A stretch of DNA of 64,000 bases from an uncultured Acidobacteriaceae bacterium (lineage in GTDB: Bacteria; Acidobacteriota; Terriglobia; Terriglobales; Acidobacteriaceae). Positions 53,211-62,607 of the stretch are shown here, piece by piece (position 1 is the first letter of the stretch; each line of letters starts with the position of its first letter). A program made the position numbers and the translations under genes. The notes below the pieces were generated by a model, which ran no database searches, was not told the origin of the DNA, and saw only the letters and a list, made by a program, of their open reading frames with translations. Location: contig CAVZUG010000001.1 of assembly GCA_963778445.1 (NCBI GenBank), forward strand, positions 812,076 through 876,075. The letters are read 5' to 3'.

Positions 53211-54422
53211 ATGAAGAAGCTACTCAGCAAACCTGCGGAAAACAAGGCTCAACTTCCTCTGGCCGAAGAAGCTCAACGTGTGGTCAGCGGCTCCTCTGTC
53301 CAGGCCGTAGTACGCGCATGCAGCATCTTGAAATGCTTTTGCAACAGCACCGAAACACTTCAGCTTCACGAGATCGCTGCACGCTGCGCTCTGCCAAAAC
53401 CGACCGCATATCGTCTTCTCACGACCCTTGTCGCCTGCGAGATGCTGCATAGACCCGAGCGGAACCGCTATCGGCTCGCCGGAAGTTCCGCGCGGCGCAC
53501 CCGTTACCGCTTTGGTTATGCCGCCCAGAGCGACGTCTCCTCCTTCGCCCGCCTCGTTTCCGACGGTATGCGCAGCGCAGCCTACTCTGCAGGTGTCGAG
53601 CTCCTCGTTCTCAACAACCATCTCAGCGCGAAGACCGCGCTTCGTAACGTCAACACCTTTATTCACGAGCGCGTCGACTTTGTTATCGAATTCCAGACCG
53701 TTGAAAAGGCTGCGACCGTGATCTCATCTCGTCTACGCGAGGCCGGCATCCCATGCGTTGCCATTGAAGTCCCGCACCCGCAGGCTTTCTACTTCGGAGC
53801 AAATAATTACCGCGCCGGCATTATGGGCGGCCGAGCTCTCGGCCAGGCCTGCCAACAACAGTGGCAAGGTCAATACGACGAAGTGCTTCTTCTCGAACAA
53901 CTCGCGGCTGGAGCCCTGCCCCAGACGCGCCTTACCGGCACCATCGCCGGTCTGCGCGAGGTCCTGCCACAGGTATCCGAGAAGAACATTAAACTTATCG
54001 ATGGACAGGGTCGGTTCGTGAACAGCTGGGAGGCTGTTCGGCGCCATCTCACGCGATCCGCCGTTCAGCGCGTTCTTATCTCCGGCGTGAATGACGAGTG
54101 CTGCCGAGGTGCCCTAGCCGCGTTCTCCGAAGCCGGTCGTGCTGAGAATTGCATCGTCGTAGGCCAGAATGCCAGCTTGGAGGTTCGGCAAGAGATGCGC
54201 CGACCCGGCTCCCGATTTGCCGGGTCGGTCGGCTACTTCCCTGAGCAATACGGCGAAACCGTTGTGCTGCTCGCCATCCGTGCCCTCGAAGGTCACCGAC
54301 CTCCACCTTCGACCTTCGTCAAGCATCAACTCATTACGCCGGAAAACGCCAACCTCTTTTATCCGAATGATGGCCTTTCCGCCAGGCAAGGAGGGGAATC
54401 ACTGCTCTACAGCGGCAGGTGA
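53211..54422 (+). CDS. Regulator: IclR-type HTH fused to a RbsB/LacI-like sugar-binding domain
   Basis: VQAVVRACSILKCF..LHEIAARCALPKPTAYRLLTTL HTH, then VDFVIEFQ, YFGANNYRAG, GVNDE, GSVGYFPEQYG. Confidence 0.85.
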   Translation: MKKLLSKPAENKAQLPLAEEAQRVVSGSSVQAVVRACSILKCFCNSTETLQLHEIAARCALPKPTAYRLLTTLVACEMLHRPERNRYRLAGSSARRTRYRFGYAAQSDVSSFARLVSDGMRSAAYSAGVELLVLNNHLSAKTALRNVNTFIHERVDFVIEFQTVEKAATVISSRLREAGIPCVAIEVPHPQAFYFGANNYRAGIMGGRALGQACQQQWQGQYDEVLLLEQLAAGALPQTRLTGTIAGLREVLPQVSEKNIKLIDGQGRFVNSWEAVRRHLTRSAVQRVLISGVNDECCRGALAAFSEAGRAENCIVVGQNASLEVRQEMRRPGSRFAGSVGYFPEQYGETVVLLAIRALEGHRPPPSTFVKHQLITPENANLFYPNDGLSARQGGESLLYSGR

Positions 54423-54535
54423 ATGAGATAACGATTCTCGATGGTCGGTGTGTCGCGACTTGTGTGTACCACGCGTACCAAGTGCTTCGCTCTCACGAAT
54501 ACTCGTCCTCCCACCCTCTTCAGCACCGTCTGCCG

Positions 54536-54805
54536 TTACATGATCAGGGCGAGGCGGGAAAGCTCTTCCTTCATACACTGGAGATTGCAGCCGAGGGACT
54601 CGATGCGGCTGGCGGCGGTGCGAGCTTCGGTGTTTGAAACACCGTAACCCCTTCCACTGAGAAAGGAACTGATGAGTTCGCCAGCCTGCCAGGAATCGAT
54701 GCCCGCCTGCTGGAGCTCCTCGCGAAGGTTGAATAGATCTGCCTGAGTAAAGGTGTCGGAGCTAGGTTGCAAGTCGTCCTCGAATCCTGCCGCTGTCTTC
54801 GGCAC
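54536..54805 (-). CDS. Small hypothetical protein
   Basis: Compact 89-aa ORF (LREELQQAGIDSWQAGELISSFL..GYGVS) filling the gap between the regulator and folD; function unknown. Confidence 0.65.
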   Translation of the reverse strand: MPKTAAGFEDDLQPSSDTFTQADLFNLREELQQAGIDSWQAGELISSFLSGRGYGVSNTEARTAASRIESLGCNLQCMKEELSRLALIM

Positions 54806-54972
54806 TGCAGAGTAGGACGCAGTCTGTTGTGTCGACGCGTCACGGAATAGGTACGTGTCAGGGCCGACCAGCAGATTGCGAAGTATTTTGTTCGCGTGAT
54901 AAAGCCAATGAAGCCCCCGGATTGGGAGCTGCGCCGTTCCGGCATTCCGAGCTGGCGCGATAGCATAAACGT

Positions 54973-55920
54973 ATGAACGTGGCGGAGACGAGAACCGGGC
55001 GGGTGCTGGACGGCGTTGCGATCGCAGCCGAGATCAAGGCGGAGGTGGCGCGCGAGGTCGAGGCGCTGAAAAGGGCGGGCGTCGTGCCGGGATTGGCCGT
55101 GGTGCTTGTTGGCGAGGTGCCGGCTTCGGCGATCTATGTGCGCAGCAAGGTGAAGACGTGTGGAGAGCTTGGGATTTTCAGCGAGATGCTGACTCCACCG
55201 GAAACCGTGACGACGGAGGAGATGCTGGGGATCGTTGCCGCGCTGAATGCGCGCGACGACATCGACGGGATTCTGATCCAGCTGCCGTTGCCGAAGCATG
55301 TGGACACCAAGCGGCTGTTGGAGGCGGTGGCTCCGGACAAGGATGTGGACGGGTTTCACCCGGTGAATGCGGGGCGCTTGCAGGCTGGACAGCCGGGTCT
55401 TTCACCGTGCACCCCGGCAGGAATCATGGAGATTCTGCGGCGCAGCGGCATCGAAGTGGCGGGAAAGAACGCGGTGGTGGTGGGGCGAAGCGATATCGTC
55501 GGCAAGCCGGCGGCGATGATGCTGCTGAACGCGTCGGCGACGGTGACTGTGTGTCACAGCCGGACGAGAGATCTGCCGAGGTATACGCGTGATGCGGAGA
55601 TCCTGGTTGCAGCGATCGGGCGGCCGGGGTTTGTGACGGCGGAGATGGTGAGGCCGGGAGCAGTGCTGATCGATGTGGGGATCAACCGGGTGACGGATGC
55701 GGCGGAGGTCGAGAGGTTCTTTCCGGGCGACGGGGCTCGCGCAGCTGGATTTGCGAAGCGCGGGTCGACGGTGGTCGGTGATATCGATCCGGCTGCGTTT
55801 GCGTTAGCGGGTGCGTACACGCCTGTTCCCGGAGGCGTGGGAGCGCTGACGATCGCGATGCTGATGCAGAACACGGTGACGGCGGCGAAGCTGCGACGCG
55901 GTCTGCCGGCGGTCCTGTAG
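54973..55920 (+). CDS. folD: Methylenetetrahydrofolate dehydrogenase/cyclohydrolase
   Basis: YVRSK, GILIQLPLP, KDVDGFHP, PCTPAG, GRSDIVGKP, IDVGIN, TPVPGGVG. Confidence 0.97.
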   Translation: MNVAETRTGRVLDGVAIAAEIKAEVAREVEALKRAGVVPGLAVVLVGEVPASAIYVRSKVKTCGELGIFSEMLTPPETVTTEEMLGIVAALNARDDIDGILIQLPLPKHVDTKRLLEAVAPDKDVDGFHPVNAGRLQAGQPGLSPCTPAGIMEILRRSGIEVAGKNAVVVGRSDIVGKPAAMMLLNASATVTVCHSRTRDLPRYTRDAEILVAAIGRPGFVTAEMVRPGAVLIDVGINRVTDAAEVERFFPGDGARAAGFAKRGSTVVGDIDPAAFALAGAYTPVPGGVGALTIAMLMQNTVTAAKLRRGLPAVL

Positions 55921-55926
55921 GCGGCG

Positions 55927-56589
55927 ATGCTGCGGGTTGGGCTTACGGGAGGACTAGGCAGCGGGAAGTCGACTGTGGCGGCGATGCTGGCCGAGCGCGG
56001 CGCGCACGTCATCCAGGCGGATGAGGTTGCGCGGGAGATGATGCGGCCCGGGCAGGCGGTGTATGCGGCAATTGTGGAACGCTTTGGGCCTGACGTCGTG
56101 GGTGCCGGCGGCGAGCTCGAACGGGCAAAGCTTGCTCGACTAGCGTTCGACGGCGACAGGCTGGAGGAGCTGAATGCGATTGTGCACCCGGCGGTGATTG
56201 CGCGGCAGGCGGAGATGGCGGAGGAGATTGGACGTCTGGACCCGGAGCCGGTGATTGTGGTGGAGTCGGCGCTGATCTTCGAGACTCAGCACGGTGGGGA
56301 AGGCGGGTGGAGGAGGCGCTTCGACTTGCTGGTGCTGGTGACAGCAAGCGAGGAGTTGCGAATCGACCGCTTCGTAAAGAGGTTGGTGGGGACCGGTGGG
56401 AGTGACAGCGAAGTTGCGGCTGCGCGGGAGGAGGCGTGCCGCCGGCTCCGGCGGCAGATGCCGGATAGCGAGAAGGAAATCGCGTGCGAGTACGTTCTGC
56501 GGAATGAAGGAACACTGCTCGAGCTCGAGACGGAGGTGAATGCGCTCTGGCGTGCGCTGCTGGCGGCTGCAGCAGGGGCGAGGCTGTGA
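55927..56589 (+). CDS. coaE: Dephospho-CoA kinase
   Basis: VGLTGGLGSGKSTVA P-loop, LNAIVHP, ESALIFE. Confidence 0.95.
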   Translation: MLRVGLTGGLGSGKSTVAAMLAERGAHVIQADEVAREMMRPGQAVYAAIVERFGPDVVGAGGELERAKLARLAFDGDRLEELNAIVHPAVIARQAEMAEEIGRLDPEPVIVVESALIFETQHGGEGGWRRRFDLLVLVTASEELRIDRFVKRLVGTGGSDSEVAAAREEACRRLRRQMPDSEKEIACEYVLRNEGTLLELETEVNALWRALLAAAAGARL

Positions 56590-57227
56590 GCGGATCGAGG
56601 AGATTCTCGCGCCGCCGGGTGGTGCGGCATCTGCTGTTCGCGGTGCTGGCAGCTGGGATGACAGGGCTGGTGTACCGCATACTGCCGCAGCGGGACTGGC
56701 GTCACCAGCTAAGCATGGGAACGGCGTACGCGGGACTGGGATTTCTCCTGTGGTCGCTGCTGATCGGCCCCTGGAATGTGCTGCGAGGCCGGGCTAACCC
56801 GGTGAGTTCGGATCTCAGACGGGATGTAAGCATCTGGGCTGGCTTGCTGGCGGTTGTGCACACGGGCGTCGGCCTGACGGTTCACCTGCGTGGACGGATG
56901 TGGATGTACTTCTTCAAGCGGCTGCATCCGTTGCACATTCAGAACAATGCTTTCGGTGCGGCGAACTACACGGGTCTCCTTGCGGCGCTGCTGTTTGTTA
57001 TGCTGCTGGCGATCTCGAATGACGCGTCGTTGCGATCGATGGGGGCGCGGCGATGGAAGAGCTGGCAGCGGTGGGCGTATGCGGCGGCTGCCCTGACGGT
57101 GGTGCATGCGGTGATCTTCCAGAGTGTGGAGACGCGACATCTCCCGTGGCGAGCGGTTCTATACTTAGAGATCGGGCTGGCTTTGGCGCTGCAGGTAGCG
57201 GGAGCGGTAAGGACGGTACGGAAGTGA
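56586..57227 (+). CDS. Ferric reductase-like heme b membrane protein (MsrQ-like)
   Basis: LRRDVSIWA..VVH, LAISND..RSMG..WKSWQRWAY..VVH; hydrophobic helices with His ligands. Confidence 0.75.
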   Translation: MSGSRRFSRRRVVRHLLFAVLAAGMTGLVYRILPQRDWRHQLSMGTAYAGLGFLLWSLLIGPWNVLRGRANPVSSDLRRDVSIWAGLLAVVHTGVGLTVHLRGRMWMYFFKRLHPLHIQNNAFGAANYTGLLAALLFVMLLAISNDASLRSMGARRWKSWQRWAYAAAALTVVHAVIFQSVETRHLPWRAVLYLEIGLALALQVAGAVRTVRK

Positions 57228-57264
57228 GACTGGTATTGGTCACTCTTAAGGAATGGTTCTATTG

Positions 57265-58479
57265 ATGAAGCTGCGTCCTGTATTGCTTGTCCTGCTGTTA
57301 CTCACCGGCTTTTACTATCTGACGACGCACCTTGCGTCGACGGGGGCAATGGCGCCGATGGTGCGCCGCGCCCTGCTGGGACCGCAGGCGGATGTTGCCG
57401 GGACGAGTCTCCAGACGGTGAAGGGGCCGATGGGGGCGTTTGACCTGACGGAGGCGTCGGCAGCTCCGGCGTTTGACACGGAAGAACAGCAGAACATGGG
57501 TGTGTACAAGAAGGCGCTGCCGTCGGTCGTGAATATCACGTCGACGGCGGTGCAGTTCGACTTCTTCTACGGTCCAGTGCCGCAGCAGGGGCAGGGATCG
57601 GGGTTCATCCTGGACAAGCAGGGGCTGATCCTGACGAACAACCATGTGATCGACAACGCGCAGCGGGTCGAGGTGACGCTGAGCGATAAGCACAAGTACA
57701 AGGCGCAGGTGATCGGGATCGACAAGAACCACGACCTGGCACTGATCAAGATTCAGGCGCCGAACCTCCAACCGGCGACGCTGTCGGATTCGAATGGCCT
57801 GACGGTGGGACAGAAGGTGTACGCGATCGGAAATCCGTTTGGGCTGAACGGCACGATGACGCGGGGCATCATCTCGTCTATCCGGTCGATCCGCGGGCCA
57901 AACAATAACCCGATCGAGGACGCGATTCAGACGGACGCAGCGGTGAATCCGGGCAACTCGGGTGGTCCGCTGCTGAACTCGCGCGGTGAGGTGATCGGGA
58001 TCACGACGCTGATCGCGAGCAATGGAGCGGACCAGAGCTCGGGCATCGGGTTTGCGATTCCGATCAACACGGCAAAGGCGGTGCTGGACGATTTTGCGAA
58101 GTATGGGCACTCCCGGCGGCCATCGCTCGACATTGTGACGCTTCCGGTGTCGCCGGATATTGCGGAGCAGATCGGGCTGCCGGCGGACTATGGCATCCTG
58201 ATTGACCGCGTGATTCCGGGTGGGGCGGCGGAACGGGCCGGTCTGAAGGGCGGCACGCAGCGGATGTACAACGGCAACCAGCCAGTGATGCTGGGGGGCG
58301 ACCTGATTGTGGCGCTGGACGGGCAGGAGATCGCGACGGTGCAGGATCTGTCGGCGGCCATGAATGCTCACAAGGCGGGTGACGTGGTGACGCTGACGAT
58401 CTTTCGCGGGCGGCGGCGTATGGATGTGAAGGTCACGCTGAGCGACGCGAAGGACCAGGGACCGGGGCAGACGACGTAG
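57265..58479 (+). CDS. HtrA/DegS-type trypsin-like serine protease with PDZ domain
   Basis: GSGFI, TNNHV, HDLAL, IQTDAAVNPGNSGGPL, C-terminal PDZ. Confidence 0.95.
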   Translation: MKLRPVLLVLLLLTGFYYLTTHLASTGAMAPMVRRALLGPQADVAGTSLQTVKGPMGAFDLTEASAAPAFDTEEQQNMGVYKKALPSVVNITSTAVQFDFFYGPVPQQGQGSGFILDKQGLILTNNHVIDNAQRVEVTLSDKHKYKAQVIGIDKNHDLALIKIQAPNLQPATLSDSNGLTVGQKVYAIGNPFGLNGTMTRGIISSIRSIRGPNNNPIEDAIQTDAAVNPGNSGGPLLNSRGEVIGITTLIASNGADQSSGIGFAIPINTAKAVLDDFAKYGHSRRPSLDIVTLPVSPDIAEQIGLPADYGILIDRVIPGGAAERAGLKGGTQRMYNGNQPVMLGGDLIVALDGQEIATVQDLSAAMNAHKAGDVVTLTIFRGRRRMDVKVTLSDAKDQGPGQTT

Positions 58480-58523
58480 CGGAGCAGGCCGCTTCTTTTG
58501 CGGCGACTTAGAATCGAATAGGT

Positions 58524-59544
58524 ATGGAACCCGTTCAACTGCCGCCCCCTCCACCGGCGGTCTACAACTGTCCGCAGTGCAGCCACTACATCCACGAAGG
58601 GACGCTGGTGTGTCCGGAGTGTGGGACGCTGATCTATGGTCAGTACGTGGCCGGGCTGGCCCATGTGGCGCAGACGATGGAGGGCGAGAAGCGGTGGGAC
58701 GAGGCGCGGGCGGCGTGGGGTGAGGCTCTGACGTGGCTGCCGGAGGGGACGACGCAGGCTGGTGCGGTGCAGTCGCGGGTGGCGGCGATCGACTCCCACG
58801 CGCGGGCGGACCAGGAGAGGATGGCGAAGTGGACCAAGCGGCTGGGTCCGCTGGCCCCGATCCTGCTGTTTCTGGGCAAGTTGAAGGGCATTCTTTTTGT
58901 GCTGTTCAAGATGAAGTTTCTGTTCAGCTTTTTTGCGTTCTTCGGGCTGTACTGGGCTTTGTTCGGGTGGAAGTTCGGGCTGGGATTTACGCTCTCGATC
59001 CTGGTGCATGAGATGGGGCACTACTGGGCGGTGAAGCGGCGTGGTTTGAAGGCGGATTTGCCGGTGTTTATGCCGGGGCTGGGGGCGTATGTGCGGTGGT
59101 ATGCGATGGGCATACCGTTGGACGGGCTGGCGGGGATCGCGCTGGCGGGGCCGCTGTTCGGGTTGGGCGCGGCGCTGATCTGCCTGGGGCTGTTTGCCTG
59201 GACACACCAGCAGGTGTACCTGGCGCTGGCGCATACGGGGGCGTTTATCAACCTGCTGAACCTGATTCCGGTGGTGGGGCTGGACGGGGCGCAGGCGACC
59301 TATGCCTTGAACCGGCTGCAGCGCGGTCTTCTCCTTCTGAGCACGATTGTGCTGTTTGGGCTGATGAAGGAGGGTGTGTTTCTGTTTCTGGCCGCGGGCA
59401 TGACGTGGCGGATGTTTACGAAGGACGAGCCGGCCGAGGGGTCGGCGAAGACGATGGTGTATTACCTCCTGCTGCTGTTCTGCGCTGGGGGCGTTTCTGT
59501 TTATTGTGCCGCCGGGGACGGTGCGGGGGCAGCGGATGTTTTAG
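58524..59544 (+). CDS. M50 site-2 protease with N-terminal zinc ribbon (3' end probably frameshifted; ORF track runs on into the repeat)
   Basis: CPQC..CPEC; HEMGH; IALAGP; NLLNLIPVVGLDG. Confidence 0.88.
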
Positions 59545-59558
59545 GCCGATGCTGTCCT

Positions 59559-59778
59559 GGGGGTACCCCCCCCCCGGATCAACTTGTAAAATAGCCAGAA
59601 TCAATGACATACAAAACGGGGCGCCTGCAAAATCCTCCATCCATTAGGTTTATGGGTAAATTCCTCATAACAAAGGAGAAGGGTTGCCGCTGATATTGGA
59701 TAGGCGGCTGGTTTCGATCCCGTATCCCTAGGTTCGTCCGTACTTTCATTCTAATCAGGTGATCGGAGATGTACGCCA
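59559..59778 (-). repeat. Dispersed element copy B (three 28-bp motifs)
   Basis: Plus strand GGGGGTACCCCCCCCCCGGATC, then motifs starting 59585, 59626, 59655 (41 and 29 nt periods, same as copy A). Minus-strand TGGCGTA..TAGAAT (59748-59753). CTTGAC at 59822. Confidence 0.8.
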
Positions 59779-59959
59779 TAGCTAAATCGCTGTAACAGCT
59801 GGGTTTGTACAGGCCAGGTGACTTGACGGTGTGGTTTGGCTATTGAAGTTAATCCTCCGCGGGACAGGTGGCTCGCCCGGGATCCCGCTTGACGCTTCGG
59901 CTGTCCCAACTGTGGTTAGAACTGTTGGAGTTTGTGATTCGCTGAGTTGATCGGGTAAG

Positions 59960-60015
59960 TGTGTTGGGTATTCGGGTATCGGGTATTGGGTATCGGGTGT
60001 TGGGTATGAGGTTTT
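59960..60015. repeat. Intergenic tandem heptamer array (GGGTATY)
   Basis: GGGTATT(C) GGGTATC GGGTATT GGGTATC GGGTGTT GGGTATG. Confidence 0.8.
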
Positions 60016-60079
60016 GGAGGGCTGGAGCGAGGGCAACGAAACGCAGGTCTCTCCGCTGTCGGGTAGATCCAGGGTGCTT

Positions 60080-61709
60080 TCAGGGGACCGTGGGGGTGGC
60101 GGGGCGGCGAAGGCGGTAGACGACGAATGCGGCGAGGGCTATGCCGAAGGCTTCGAGACCGCGGACGGTCCAGTAGCGCGCGCCGTGGGTGTGGTGGAGG
60201 GAGCCGCTTTGCCATGCGTTCCTGGTGGCGATGAGGTCTTCGGCGAGGCCGGGGATGGTGATGCTGTGGAGGTCTGTGGTGGGGAGTGAACCGAAGATGC
60301 GGTCGGGGGTGGGGCGGGCGCCGTTGCGATCTTTGGGAATGGCGGCGATGAGGGCGTTGACCTCCGCGTCGCGGGGGTCGTTGAAGAGGGCGGAGTCGGC
60401 GGTATTGGGGAAGAGGGTTGCGTGGCCAGTCAGCTTGTTTTCGATGGCGGCGACGGCATCCTGGCAGACGCCGAGGGCGTAGTAGCCGCCAAAGGGAAGA
60501 GCGGGGCGGGCGAGGTGCTGGTGGATGTAGGCCACGGCCATGAGACCGGTGAGGCGGGTGACCTCGACGGCGTCCGCGCCGGTATAGGTGTGAGCGTGGC
60601 GGCCGAGAACCCAGGGCTGGTTGAGCTCGTCCATGGTGCGGAACTCGGCTTTGCCGTCGATGCCGAAGTAGAAGGCGACGTCGGCGTTGATGCGGGGGCC
60701 GCGGATGAACCACTCGTACTCGGTGTGGGTGACGGGGACGAGGAGGGGACGGCTGGTGCCGGGGACAAGGATCTGCGGAGTTGACCCAGAAGGGCATCAT
60801 GACGTCTTCGCCATTGAAGTGAAAGTGGCCGAAGTTGGCGAAGTAGCGTGCGTCGGCGACGGCCACGGTGTGGCCTGTGGCGGTGAGGGCCTCGATCAGA
60901 TGTTCGGGGGAGTCCGCGGTATGGCCGGCGATGGTGGCCGTTGCTTTGGGGTTGTTGTCGAGGGGGTTGAGGGAGAGACGGTTGAGGACGTAGGCGAGGC
61001 GGGCGCTTTCGGGGTGCGTGGGAGCGATGGCGGGGTCGGGGCCGTCGCCGCGGGTGACGCCGTCGCCGAGGGCAGTGACGATTCCCTCAGTGGTGAAGCC
61101 GGGAAGTGTGGAGGGCTGGTTGAGGTCTATGGTTTCGGGGTGGGCAAGCGTATAGGGGCCGAGGTCGATCCAGGTGGCGATGGAGGGTGTTGGGCAGTTG
61201 TCTGGAGCAGTTGTGGGTTCCTGCGACTCCGGTGGCGCATCAGACCCCACCCTTTCGCGATGAGACTGCGAGAGGGTGGGGCACCCGCCGGGGTTTCCGG
61301 GATTGGCGAGGCTTTCGGCCTGAGAGTCTTTGCCGACGATGTGGCCGGCTACGCGGACGGTGGGATTGATCTCGCGCATGGTCCAGCCGGGGAAGCGGTT
61401 GAGGCCCTCCCAGTCCTTTCCGAGGATGAGTTTGCGCATGGTGTCGGCGAGCTTTGGGGTGAGGAGGGCGGGACCGTTCTTGCTGCCTTTGTCGATCTCG
61501 GAGAGGACGGCTTCGGTGAAGCCAGGTTTGGTGGAGAGATGCTGCATCATCTCGGAGAGGAGGATGGTGTTGGGAGGCATGGGGCCGGTGGGCGGGGTGT
61601 AGCGTGCGCGGCCGCTGCAGCCGGCGAGCGCGGTGGCGACAGCTCCGGCGATGGCGCCGATGAGGAACCAGCGGGCTTTGGGAGCGGGGACGCGGACGGA
61701 CGAGCGCAT
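60080..61709 (-). CDS. Hypothetical lipoprotein with C-terminal TM helix (indel near 60780)
   Basis: Lipobox LAGC; the frames join DARYFANFGHFHF..MMPFW to HTEYEWF..GGYYALGVCQD and a hydrophobic C-terminus. Confidence 0.7.
61245..61287. repeat. REP-like palindrome inserted in frame in the lipoprotein gene
   Basis: CCCCACCCTTTCGCGATGAGACTGCGAGAGGGTGGGGCACCCG is a hairpin with the same TGGGGCACCCG tail as 21595-21605; encodes GCPTLSQSHRERVG. Confidence 0.7.
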
Positions 61710-61893
61710 GAGTAGTTGTAACCGATTGGGTGCGGGGGCGAGGCGGCGGGATACCTCGAGCCTTGGGGTTGAGCCGCGGTTTAGAGGCGCCGGTCCACGG
61801 TTTTATTCTTCGAGGACGGCGCTTTCCAACTGACGAGAGATGATTTCCGGGTAGCCCTTCGTTGGCCCACGGTCCGGCTTGCGGTTGGTTGGT

Positions 61894-62406
61894 CTACTTT
61901 CCCGGATCGTGCGCTGCAGCCTGCGGGTCAATTACGGTGTTATGCCCTTCCGCGACGAGCCAGCGCTTATCACGATGCACAAACACCAGCGTCAACATGT
62001 TTCTGTTCGGCGGTGCGATGGATCCATTCGGGGATGGGAACCCGTCCATCGGAATGGCCTGTGTGACGATCACTACGCCTGGAGCGACCTGCCGCAGCTC
62101 CGTCGTCTCCGCGTCGTGCATCTGCCGGTCTTTGAATGTCGATCTGTGCATGCGGTCATGGGCCAGAAACACCTGCGCTTTTCCACGCCAGCGCATGCCC
62201 ACAATGTTCACCCACTCCACATCATCCGTCATGTAGCTCACGAACGCCTTCATATCATGGTGATTCCACGCCGCCTCCAATCCATCGAGCGCCGCATGGA
62301 TCTCCGCGGCATCGTTTGCAGGAATGGAGCTTTGTGCGACGCTTTTTCTCAGGTGAACCGAGCACCAACGCTATTCCAACGACTGCGACCCATTTGCCAT
62401 CCGCAT
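61894..62406 (-). CDS. Secreted NTF2-like / SnoaL-like (SgcJ/EcaC-type) protein; indels in the 5' part
   Basis: AAWNHHDMKAFVSYMTDDVEWVNIVGMRWRGK..LTLVFV..WLVAEGHNT; GGAGG RBS and signal-like 5' segment. Confidence 0.75.
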
Positions 62407-62607
62407 CCTGACCGCCTCCATGCCGACAGCTTACCGTGAAAGTGCTTCATACTGGACCAAAGCTCCGCTATAGGTCCTACATCGGGGTAGCTGACGAGAA
62501 TGCGACTTAGCGTGACTAATTTCTCGTGACGTGCTGACGGGCTCAGTCCTCAGTTTCCGAAAACCCTGACTTTGCAGGCGGTTCAACAAGCACCCATAAT
62601 CTGAGAG

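Noticed and set aside
54806-54972. ZTP or THF riboswitch upstream of folD
   Set aside because: No consensus motifs, and the promoter appears leaderless.
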